A stretch of DNA of 32,280 bases from a virus (Duplodnaviria; Caudoviricetes). Within the stretch, counting starts at the first letter, position 1. Every line of letters starts with the position of its first letter. Positions 1-7,367 of this stretch are shown one piece after another. The notes beneath the pieces are model-generated. The model saw nothing but the letters and a program-made list of their open reading frames with translations. It did not search any database and was not told where the DNA came from. The stretch covers positions 1-32,280 of the IMG/VR virus record IMGVR_UViG_3300032255_000013. The stretch is one strand, 5' to 3'. The position numbers and the translations under genes are program-made.

Positions 1-123
1 ACACGCCGCCACAACGGGGAACAGTGCATACGCCGCCACGACGGGGGACTGGGCACACGCCGCCACGACGGGGAGCCGGGCACACGCCGCCACAACGGGG
101 AACAGTGCATACGCCGCCACGAC
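1..123. repeat. Terminal direct repeat, identical to 32158-32280 (circular-assembly overlap)
   Basis: Base-by-base match of 1-123 to the last 123 nt. It lies within a tandem array, so a 42-nt overlap also fits. Confidence 0.85.
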
Positions 124-460
124 GGGGAACAGTGCACACGCCGCCACGACGGGGGACTGGGCACACGCCGCCACAACGGGGAACAGTGCATACGCCGCCA
201 CGACGGGGAACAGTGCACACGCCGCCACGACGGGGAGCCGGGCACACGCCGCCACTAACGGCTCCAACTGTGTAGCCATAGCTATAGGCTGCGATGGAAA
301 AGTTAGCGGCATTATAGGTAACTTTCTCGTGCTGGCTCATTACGATGAAAATGACGTTCTCCTTGACGTGAAAAAAAGGAAGATCGACGGTCGGAAAATC
401 AAAGCAAACGTTTTTTATACACTCGACAAAAATGGCAAGTTTGTTGAGGCCGCATCATGA
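2..460 (+). CDS. 3' part of the 9-aa-repeat phage protein (DUF7666-like), continuing from 31691 across the junction
   Basis: Frame 2 is open from base 2: HAATTGNSAY...GCDGKVSGIIGNFLVLAHYDEND...IDGRKIKANVFYTLDKNGKFVEAAS*. The TGA overlaps the next ATG (ATGA at 457-460). Absent from the ORF track. Confidence 0.85.
   Translation, partial: HAATTGNSAYAATTGDWAHAATTGSRAHAATTGNSAYAATTGNSAHAATTGDWAHAATTGNSAYAATTGNSAHAATTGSRAHAATNGSNCVAIAIGCDGKVSGIIGNFLVLAHYDENDVLLDVKKRKIDGRKIKANVFYTLDKNGKFVEAAS
5..256 (+). repeat. 27-bp tandem repeat array (GCCGCCACRACGGGG-NNC-NGN-GCAYAC), nine full units plus a degenerate one
   Basis: Directly visible; encodes AATTG-xx-A-H/Y in frame 2. Confidence 0.95.
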
Positions 461-750
461 CCAGTTTTACTCACACAACAAAGGGTCGGCCCCGCCGCGA
501 AAAGCTGATTGATCGGGCAGCGACACTTGTCATGGTCGCCTTCCTTGTCGCAGTCATGGCCTTCGTGGTGACGCTCGGCGTGCTGTCAGTCCGACACGAG
601 CAGCAGAAGGCCGTCAGTGATGCCGTACAGGCCGCCAGAGCCGAGGCACGGCTGGAAGGACGCAAGAGCGTCATCGCCAGCCTCGAAGACGTGCAAAACT
701 CGCCAGCATGGGCGCAGTGCCACATTAGGGCACTAAAAGGAGAGCTGTGA
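457..750 (+). CDS. Hypothetical protein with one transmembrane helix
   Basis: Coupled to both neighbours; hydrophobic stretch LVMVAFLVAVMAFVVTLGVLSV. Confidence 0.7.
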   Translation: MTSFTHTTKGRPRREKLIDRAATLVMVAFLVAVMAFVVTLGVLSVRHEQQKAVSDAVQAARAEARLEGRKSVIASLEDVQNSPAWAQCHIRALKGEL

Positions 751-1457
751 TGATCGATACTAAGCATAACAATCCGCCGACAGACTTTGAGTTGTTAGAG
801 CAGCGCGCCGCCGATGCTTACGGCGAGGCCAAGCTGTGGATTGACGGTGATGATATTACCACCGAAGGTCAGGCAGCAGGCGTTGGCAGGCTTGTCGGCA
901 TGTTGCGCAGCGTTAGCAAAGAGGCTGACACTATGCATAAAACAGAAAAAGCGCCTCATCTAGCTGCCGGGCGCGCAGTTGACGAACGATTCCGCGATAT
1001 GCGCACCACTACCCAGCGCGCGCTTGATTGTTGCCTGCGGGCAATTGGCATCTGGCAGAAAAAGCTTGCCGATGAGCAGCGCCGGGAAGGGCAACGTCTG
1101 CAAGAAGAGGCAGAGCAAAAAAAGAGTGAGGCTGCACAGGCAATACAGAAGAGCCGAGGCAATGTCGAGGCGCGCGAAGCGGCAGAACAAGAACTAAAAA
1201 ATGCTGAGCAGGCAGAGGCAGCAGCCAAGGCCGCCGCCCGCGCAAAACCCAATGTCGCCACCGGCTATGGCGGCAAGGCCCTTGGTCTGCGCACTTATTA
1301 TCGCGCTGATCTAACCAGCATCATGGTCGCCGTCACCCACTATATGAACCACCCGGCTATGGCTGATCTGGTTATGAAGCTGGCAGCAGCCGATGTGCGC
1401 AGCGGTGCGCGCGAGGTGCCGGGATTCACTATTGTCAAAGAGGAAAGGGCAGCCTGA
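750..1457 (+). CDS. Coiled-coil phage protein (HNNPP N-terminal motif) of the recombination module
   Basis: AAGGAG RBS, Ala/Glu/Lys-rich helix, directly upstream of ERF; alternative GTG start at 747. Confidence 0.7.
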   Translation: MIDTKHNNPPTDFELLEQRAADAYGEAKLWIDGDDITTEGQAAGVGRLVGMLRSVSKEADTMHKTEKAPHLAAGRAVDERFRDMRTTTQRALDCCLRAIGIWQKKLADEQRREGQRLQEEAEQKKSEAAQAIQKSRGNVEAREAAEQELKNAEQAEAAAKAAARAKPNVATGYGGKALGLRTYYRADLTSIMVAVTHYMNHPAMADLVMKLAAADVRSGAREVPGFTIVKEERAA

Positions 1458-2224
1458 TGACAACGCAGAAGGAAACGGCACTGGCCGGGGCGACTAGTCC
1501 AAAAGTGCCACAAGTTTATACCGCTATTTCAGCCGTAACCGAGCGGCTGGCGAAAAGCGGCATTTCCAAGGACCGGAAAAATAAGCAACAGGGATATAAT
1601 TTCAGGGGCATCGATGACATTTACGACGCACTGGCCGCAGCTCTGCACCAAAGTGGTCTTTGCATCATCCCCAATGTGATCAGCAGAACCGTAACCGAGA
1701 AAAAGTCAAAATCAGGTGGCACACTTTTTTATGTCGTTCTCGATGTGCGGTATGATTTTGTCTCTGCCATTGATGGCAGCAGCCATACGGCGCAGGTGGT
1801 AGGTGAGGCAATGGACAGCGGCGACAAGGCGAGTAACAAGGCTATGTCGGCTGCATATAAATATGTGTGCTTGCAAACGTTTTGTATCCCGACCGAGGGT
1901 GAAAATGATGCTGACGCAACCACACATGAGGTTGCATCGCCGCCAACGCAGCAGGCAGCATGGACAGGTCCTGCCAGCAAGCAGGAACTGCTTGAGACCT
2001 ATACCGGCCTCATGAGCTTTGTCACATTGGCAGCCAGCATCGCTGACATGGATCACATACGCACCATGCCAATCTATCAGCCGTTCAAAGATCAGGCGAG
2101 CGCAGACTGGCCGGGTCTGCTGACCGGTGAGAAGGACCGTCAGGGCCTCGCTCACTATTATCAGGCGCGGTACAAAGAGCTGCAAAATCTTGAACAGCAC
2201 AACAACAAACAGGCTGCGGAGTAA
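1457..2224 (+). CDS. erf: ERF-family single-strand annealing recombinase
   Basis: Motifs QGYNFRGIDDIY and GEAMDSGDKASNKAMSAAYKY...FCIPTEGENDAD. Confidence 0.85.
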   Translation: MTTQKETALAGATSPKVPQVYTAISAVTERLAKSGISKDRKNKQQGYNFRGIDDIYDALAAALHQSGLCIIPNVISRTVTEKKSKSGGTLFYVVLDVRYDFVSAIDGSSHTAQVVGEAMDSGDKASNKAMSAAYKYVCLQTFCIPTEGENDADATTHEVASPPTQQAAWTGPASKQELLETYTGLMSFVTLAASIADMDHIRTMPIYQPFKDQASADWPGLLTGEKDRQGLAHYYQARYKELQNLEQHNNKQAAE

Positions 2225-2228
2225 GTAG

Positions 2229-2675
2229 ATGGTAGTCTCAGTGAACAAAGTAATTTTGGTTGGCAATCTTGGACGCGATCCCGAATCGCGGACCATGAGT
2301 GACGGCAATCCTGTGGTTAATCTTTCTGTGGCTACCAGTGAAAACTGGAAAGATCGCAACACGGGCGAGCGCCGCGAAAAAACCGAATGGCACCGGGTGG
2401 TTATTTTCAATGAAAACCTGGCTCGCGTTGCCCAGAATTACCTGCGCAAAGGCTCAAAGGTCTATGTGGAAGGCCAGTTGCAGACCCGCAAATGGACCGA
2501 CCAGAGCGGCGTGGAAAAATATACCACCGAGGTGGTGCTGCAACGCTTTCGCGGTGGACTGACCATGCTCGATGCTCGCGGCGAAGGCGGCGGCAACTTT
2601 CAGGACGGACAGGCCGGCGGTGCGGCAGCTGGAGGTTTCGGCGGCTGTGATCTTGACGACGAAATCCCGTTTTAA
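2229..2675 (+). CDS. ssb: Single-stranded DNA-binding protein
   Basis: [39 protein letters not shown], acidic tail DDEIPF. Confidence 0.98.
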   Translation: MVVSVNKVILVGNLGRDPESRTMSDGNPVVNLSVATSENWKDRNTGERREKTEWHRVVIFNENLARVAQNYLRKGSKVYVEGQLQTRKWTDQSGVEKYTTEVVLQRFRGGLTMLDARGEGGGNFQDGQAGGAAAGGFGGCDLDDEIPF

Positions 2676-2689
2676 GAAGGCATAACAAT

Positions 2690-3130
2690 ATGAAAAACAA
2701 GTCACAATTTTGGATGCTGCCGACCAGCACCAGCGCTGGTCTGGCGCTGGTGCCATCAACGGAGGAAACGAGCGATGCGCTAGCAGCCGCTAACCGCACA
2801 GTACCAGTCAGAGTGACGATGAGGCAGCCACGCAACGGCAAGCATCACCGCAAATATTGGGCGCTGCTGGGCGAGGTCGCAAAAAACACCGACCTATATA
2901 GCAACAGCGCCGCCCTGCATGAGGCGATCAAGCTGCGGCTTGGCATGTTTGATGTTGACACCATCACCGATACGGCTGGCAACCGCCACCGCAGCATCAT
3001 TACCCACTCGATCGCATGGGATAAAATCGATCAGACAGAATTCAACCGGTTCTATGAACGGGCGCTTGATGTGATCGCCGCCGATCTTGGATTTGATATT
3101 GAAGAATTGGACAAAGCCACCAACCACTAG
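2690..3130 (+). CDS. DUF1367-like (NinB/Orf-related) phage protein
   Basis: PRNGKHHRKYWALL and SIAWDKIDQTEFNRFYERALD motifs; position after ssb. Confidence 0.7.
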   Translation: MKNKSQFWMLPTSTSAGLALVPSTEETSDALAAANRTVPVRVTMRQPRNGKHHRKYWALLGEVAKNTDLYSNSAALHEAIKLRLGMFDVDTITDTAGNRHRSIITHSIAWDKIDQTEFNRFYERALDVIAADLGFDIEELDKATNH

Positions 3131-3138
3131 ATGTCCAG

Positions 3139-3194
3139 TGTGCAGGCCGGTCCGGCCCCTGTAACCCACCCCCTCCCTCGGGCCGGTCTGCGCA
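3139..3194 (+). other. 17-bp RNA hairpin with a 22-nt C-rich loop
   Basis: TGTGCAGGCCGGTCCGG pairs with TCGGGCCGGTCTGCGCA using 4 G-U pairs; loop CCCCTGTAACCCACCCCCTCCC. Confidence 0.75.
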
Positions 3195-3331
3195 GTGAAT
3201 ATTTGAGAGAAAGCAGGTCATGAAGCCTCAAATCGAAAGCGCGTATGAAACGGGCAACATGCCGACCCTGTTGCCGGATTATTCACTATAGGAGAATCAA
3301 ATGAGTACGGATACAGACGAAAGGGTGACTG

Positions 3332-3616
3332 ATGCAATCACTTGATGAAATCCGCTTGAAGGTCCTGAACTGGTTTGGCAACAGTCATCAAGATTATACT
3401 AATCAATGGCTTTGTTATGGCTTTGATGCCATCTGTCACGACCTGAAAATTGACCGGGAAACAGTTAGATTTATGTGCCGTCATTTGGCATCGCTTGGAT
3501 ATGTCGAATATCGCAGGGGGCTATGGACGGGCGAAGGCACGCCAGCCGGAAGCGGTTATAACCTAACCATAGTCGGACATAAATACCTCACCCAGCGCCG
3601 AGGAGGTGAGCAATGA
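3332..3616 (+). CDS. Hypothetical protein, possible winged-helix fold
   Basis: FDAICHDLKIDRETVRFMCRHLASLGYVEY resembles an HTH plus wing. Confidence 0.65.
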   Translation: MQSLDEIRLKVLNWFGNSHQDYTNQWLCYGFDAICHDLKIDRETVRFMCRHLASLGYVEYRRGLWTGEGTPAGSGYNLTIVGHKYLTQRRGGEQ

Positions 3617-3686
3617 ACAAAGTCGCCGATCGCTATGGTTCAGGGGTAAGGTCACGGTGCGGAAAAGAAGATTTTAATTTTTTTAC

Positions 3687-3716
3687 TTGTATGCAATGAA
3701 AATGTGTGGCTATAAT
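3687..3716 (+). promoter_or_regulatory. Sigma70-like promoter
   Basis: TTGTAT-N18-TATAAT with an upstream T-tract (UP-element-like). Confidence 0.6.
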
Positions 3717-3722
3717 TTATTG

Positions 3723-3895
3723 ATAAAGATTAAATGGGGTTTGTGTTGCGGGCTGATTGATACAAGTTGTTTAGGCGGGCCAATTGTCTGAGCAACTATT
3801 TATCCGGGGAGCCAATTTCAGGATGATTATTCAACATCTCGTTAACAAGCCAAACGGCGACAAATAGAAAGACCGGGCACGCCCGGTCTTTTTTT
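3723..3895 (+). ncRNA. Candidate structured small RNA (~170 nt), family unknown
   Basis: Lies between a promoter and a terminator with no sizeable ORF; 14-bp G-U-rich stem 3765-3778/3784-3797; closing stem 3740-3748/3855-3864. Confidence 0.5.
3868..3895. terminator. Intrinsic terminator, probably bidirectional
   Basis: AAAGACCGGG-CACG-CCCGGTC-TTTTTTT between convergent units. Confidence 0.85.
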
Positions 3896-4295
3896 ATATC
3901 TGATCTGGAAAGAATGAGGCGGATTCAAAAAAAGGTTTTTGATAAAAAGATATACACCCAGACCAAATTTTATCTTCAAATTTTGTTGTGGCAATGGTTT
4001 TTAATTCTTCTTTTGATGATGCATCAAATCTTTCTGACAATGTGACGCCATCCGCAATCGCAAAAAAAGTTGTACCGTCATTATAGCAGTCAATAGGCCA
4101 GTCATTAGGCCTGTAGCCCGTCAGATAAGCTGTTATTAACCGTATCATACGCGGTGCCGGATCACGTTGTGTCGATGCTGTTTTTTCCATTTCCATTCTT
4201 CTGACGCTGGTCACGTCTGTGTCAAGTAAGTCTCCAAGCTGGCGCTGTGTCAGGCCAAGGTGTTGGCGGGCTTTTTTGATTTCTGATGGGGTCAT
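3894..4295 (-). CDS. XRE-family HTH protein with a C-terminal extension
   Basis: MTPSEIKKARQHLGLTQRQLGDLLDTDVTSVRRME is a typical HTH_3 pattern. Confidence 0.85.
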   Translation of the reverse strand: MTPSEIKKARQHLGLTQRQLGDLLDTDVTSVRRMEMEKTASTQRDPAPRMIRLITAYLTGYRPNDWPIDCYNDGTTFFAIADGVTLSERFDASSKEELKTIATTKFEDKIWSGCISFYQKPFFESASFFPDQI

Positions 4296-4750
4296 GATTT
4301 TTCCTCTCTCTTGTAAACGTCAATCAAATTGCTGATCTCGTTTTTTGAAACTGGTTTGTTTGTGTCTAAGCCGATCTGCTCAAAATTATCACCTGCCTTT
4401 TCAGCCAGCGCGGCAAGATATCCAAGCTGCGCCCGCGTGGCGGTTGTTCCACATTTGCCCGCCAGCGACATGATCAGCTCGCAAGGGGAGCTTGCTTTAT
4501 CGCGGGCAGGCTCCAGCCGCGCCTCGGCTCTGGCGGCACACTGCCGCGCCTGACGCCGGTCGCGGCGATTGTTATTCTTCTCGTTCTTTGCAAACCTGTC
4601 TTCAACAGCGGCGGTATCTTCGGCGTTCAAGGTTATCTGATCACCGACTACGGTGATGGCATCTGTCAGAAAACTGAACGGCACATTGTTAATTCTTACG
4701 ACTGTGCGGGCTGCGACTTCTTTGATCTCGGTGGTGGTAAAGATGGTCAT
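4292..4750 (-). CDS. Hypothetical protein with a DUF3072-like C-terminal motif
   Basis: AAAGGA RBS; ATRAQLGYLAALAEKAG...VSKNEISNLID; ATGA overlap with the HTH gene. Confidence 0.7.
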   Translation of the reverse strand: MTIFTTTEIKEVAARTVVRINNVPFSFLTDAITVVGDQITLNAEDTAAVEDRFAKNEKNNNRRDRRQARQCAARAEARLEPARDKASSPCELIMSLAGKCGTTATRAQLGYLAALAEKAGDNFEQIGLDTNKPVSKNEISNLIDVYKREEKS

Positions 4751-4798
4751 CAGTTTTTCCTTTATGTGGCGGGGACGCCATGCCCCTCTGATGTAACT

Positions 4799-4827
4799 AA
4801 TATAGGGGCAGCCGCCCCTGTCGTCAA
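4799..4827 (-). promoter_or_regulatory. Sigma70-like promoter with a palindromic operator in its spacer
   Basis: Minus strand TTGACG-N17-TATATT; AGGGGC-N4-GCCCCT at 4804-4819. Confidence 0.8.
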
Positions 4828-4931
4828 TAGGAAAGGTAATTTTTTTGGGTAAGGGTTAGCAAATTATCTACTTAACTGGCGCCTTTCTCTTTTTGCATAA
4901 ATGTGTATAATGCTAGAAAAGGAGAAAATTG

Positions 4932-5234
4932 ATGCAGCTTAAATCTGGTGTGAAGCTGAGGGGATTAAGACCAGAACTGGTAATTGCTTTGATAATTTGT
5001 GACGGCGTCTACTCAAGTTTTGATGTTGAGATGGTGGTCACATCAGTTAATGATAGCACTCATGGGCGGGGGTCACTTCATTTTAACGGCAGCGCATTTG
5101 ATTTGAGAACGCGCAATATCGCTACAAATGATATCGCGCCTATTTTTTCAAAAATATCAAAATTTCTTGGTGCTGAGTTTGATGCTGTCCTTGAAAACGA
5201 TCACATTCATGTAGAATACCAGCCAAAGGATTAA
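4932..5234 (+). CDS. Endolysin, peptidase M15-like Zn peptidase
   Basis: SLHFNGSAFD (H-x6-D) and DHIHVEY (HxH) zinc motifs; AAGGAG RBS; followed by membrane proteins. Confidence 0.8.
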   Translation: MQLKSGVKLRGLRPELVIALIICDGVYSSFDVEMVVTSVNDSTHGRGSLHFNGSAFDLRTRNIATNDIAPIFSKISKFLGAEFDAVLENDHIHVEYQPKD

Positions 5235-5236
5235 TT

Positions 5237-5461
5237 ATGGAAAAGTTTTTTCTTAAATCAAAAACAATTTTAGGGGTGATCCTCGCGGCGCTGCCAACAA
5301 TTCTTCCTATTGTCGGCGTATCTTGGGGCGCAAATGATGGTCAGCTTGTTTCTGACGGATGGGATGCAGCCATTCAATTGGCTGGTGCCATAACGGCAAT
5401 AATTGGCCGATTTAAAGCCAGCGATAAAATATCTTTTCTTCCTAAGAATGCCGCTTTATGA
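5237..5461 (+). CDS. Putative holin (two hydrophobic segments)
   Basis: 74 aa, SKTILGVILAAL...AAIQLAGAITAIIGR, basic C-terminus, next to the endolysin. Confidence 0.65.
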   Translation: MEKFFLKSKTILGVILAALPTILPIVGVSWGANDGQLVSDGWDAAIQLAGAITAIIGRFKASDKISFLPKNAAL

Positions 5462-5781
5462 CGGGACAGCATCAAATTAGTGTGCTTGAGCGCCACTTTC
5501 AATCGGCAATTCAGATCGCTCTTGTAGCAATTTGCGGGTGGGTGGCTTTAACCACGCACAATACCGCAGTATCTCTTAAAGGCATACAGCGCGACATGAC
5601 ATATATGCAGGGAGAGATAGATAAATTGCGCAACGATAAGGGTGAGCGTTATACCAAAAGTGACGCGCTCAGAGATATGACCACGATAAATAACCAGTTT
5701 GATGTGCATAATGCAGAAATTAATGATTTATCAGAGAGGGTAAGGCAGTTGGAACTCGAGATTTCTCGCAATAAGAAATGA
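5458..5781 (+). CDS. Membrane-anchored coiled-coil lysis-cassette protein (i-spanin- or holin-like)
   Basis: One N-terminal transmembrane segment then heptad helix; coupled to the holin. Confidence 0.55.
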   Translation: MTGQHQISVLERHFQSAIQIALVAICGWVALTTHNTAVSLKGIQRDMTYMQGEIDKLRNDKGERYTKSDALRDMTTINNQFDVHNAEINDLSERVRQLELEISRNKK

Positions 5782-5826
5782 TAATTTCCGACAAGTTAGG
5801 TAAAATTCATTGGAAGGTGATGCAAA

Positions 5827-6342
5827 ATGACGGTTTTTGTAGAAAGCAGGCGCGATAAGGCATGGAGGCAGGGGCGGAGTATTCTTGTCGAACATCAAGA
5901 GACCTCAATAGCCGCCTCAGGGACGTTTGACATTATAGCCAAAATAGGAATAGTGCCAATGATCCTTGAAACCGCGCTTATCCACACAGACAGCCCAACG
6001 GTTTTATGGCAAACATATTCCGGAACGGTTTTTAACGATGCGACCGGCACAGAGTTAAATCCTGTTTTTAGGCATTCTGCGAATGCAAAAACGCTAACCA
6101 CAAAATTTTATGCAGGCTCAACAATTTCAGATGTCGGGGTGCCGATAACCATTCAGCATAACGCAATCGGCTTTGCAGGGCCGGGCGGTAATGATTTTAT
6201 AGAGCAAGAAATTATAAGCCGCGATTTTTATATGGAGGCAGGCACAAATTATCTTATCCGTCTGACCAACAATACAGCTGCCGCTGCTGAAATAAATGCA
6301 AAAATTCACATGAGGCAACACAAGATGGTATTTGGTGCATAG
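5827..6342 (+). CDS. Hypothetical beta-rich protein, probably virion-associated
   Basis: GGAAGGTG RBS; Thr/Gly/Ile-rich. Confidence 0.65.
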   Translation: MTVFVESRRDKAWRQGRSILVEHQETSIAASGTFDIIAKIGIVPMILETALIHTDSPTVLWQTYSGTVFNDATGTELNPVFRHSANAKTLTTKFYAGSTISDVGVPITIQHNAIGFAGPGGNDFIEQEIISRDFYMEAGTNYLIRLTNNTAAAAEINAKIHMRQHKMVFGA

Positions 6343-6378
6343 CTTGTGCGCCAAGGTCTTTAAAGGAAAGCAATTTCT

Positions 6379-6702
6379 ATGGCATTTACGGCACAATATA
6401 TATTTAGCGCAACGGGACAGTCGAATGAATACGCAATTCCTCGGGGCACGTATAATCTTTCGATTAATTTCACTGTCGGGTCGGGGTCGGGGTCAGTTCA
6501 GGTGGAAAGATCATTTGATGATGGCGCATCGTGGGAGCTTCTTAGTAAAGATAGCACGCCAAATCAGGCAATTTTCACAGATCAGGATTTTAGCGGCATC
6601 GCAGAAGAGCCTGAGCAGGCCACAGACGGAAAGCACATCCTCTGGCGGTTCAATTGCACCGATTTTACTAGCGGGTCAATAAGGTGTAGGATAAGCAGAT
6701 GA
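6379..6702 (+). CDS. Small beta-sandwich protein with an Asp-box, probably virion-associated
   Basis: AAAGGA RBS; RSFDDGASW matches SxDxGxxW. Confidence 0.7.
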   Translation: MAFTAQYIFSATGQSNEYAIPRGTYNLSINFTVGSGSGSVQVERSFDDGASWELLSKDSTPNQAIFTDQDFSGIAEEPEQATDGKHILWRFNCTDFTSGSIRCRISR

Positions 6703-6789
6703 AAACCAGTGAAACCATTAAAACAAGATTTAGTTCATGGTGGTTAACAATATGCCTCAAGCGGGGCTGGAAAAAAAGGGGCAGAGCTA

Positions 6790-7365
6790 GTGCTAAAACT
6801 AAAAATTAAGGCTAATAATTTTGTGATGCTCACCGCGCAATGGCTTAGGATCCTGATCAAGCATCTTTCACGCCCAGCGTTGTTAGCAAGTGGGGTTTCA
6901 GATTACCTCAACGGTACAGTATCGCCAGAGGCAAGATTGTCGGCTGTTGTGATAAGGGGTGATGGCACAAGAAAAGATTTGGGTATTATCAGTACTAAAT
7001 CTGTAACCACAGCTTTTGTTAATTTTGTCGTGGATCAGCTACAGGCGGAAACGTCTGCTTTCGGTGACTTTAAGTTTCACGGCATGGGAACTGGGGTTGT
7101 TGTGGAAAATATTTCAGACACAGCGCTAGGAACGGCGGTAGAGACTAGGGCCACGGGGACTCAGGTAGAGGGCGCTAGCGCAAATATTTATAGAAGCGTT
7201 GGCACAATCACAGCCACGGCAAGCCGCGCCATAACTGAGCATGGTCTATTTAATGCTGCGACAGGAGGCACCTTAATGGATAGGTCGGTTTTTTCGGTTA
7301 TTAATCTTGTAAATACCGATTCAATTCAATTTACCTACGAGCTGACGCTTCCGGCAGGCGGGTGA
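6790..7365 (+). CDS. Tail-collar/fibre-associated-like structural protein (start uncertain)
   Basis: HGMGTG...DTALGT...ITEHGLFNAATGGTLMDR...DSIQFTYELT pattern. Confidence 0.65.
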   Translation: MLKLKIKANNFVMLTAQWLRILIKHLSRPALLASGVSDYLNGTVSPEARLSAVVIRGDGTRKDLGIISTKSVTTAFVNFVVDQLQAETSAFGDFKFHGMGTGVVVENISDTALGTAVETRATGTQVEGASANIYRSVGTITATASRAITEHGLFNAATGGTLMDRSVFSVINLVNTDSIQFTYELTLPAGG

Positions 7366-7367
7366 TA

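Noticed and set aside
1-256. CRISPR array interpretation of the terminal repeats
   Set aside because: Units are contiguous 27-mers with only a few variable, recurring bases; they keep a reading frame, and there are no cas genes
24-275. ORF-track proteins MHTPPRRG... and the reverse-strand repeat ORFs at 31855-32277
   Set aside because: Shadow frames of the stop-free repeat; frame 2 has the conserved domain and coupled start and stop
3753-3870. Hammerhead ribozyme suggested by CTGATTGA
   Set aside because: Not an exact CUGANGA, and no GAAA follows the adjacent stem
4891-4911. Late promoter upstream of the endolysin (TATAAT present)
   Set aside because: No convincing -35 at 16-18 bp; it may be activator-dependent but cannot be supported from sequence alone
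6475-6496. GGGTCG short tandem repeat or G-quadruplex
   Set aside because: Simply encodes GSGSGS in a loop; too short to interpret
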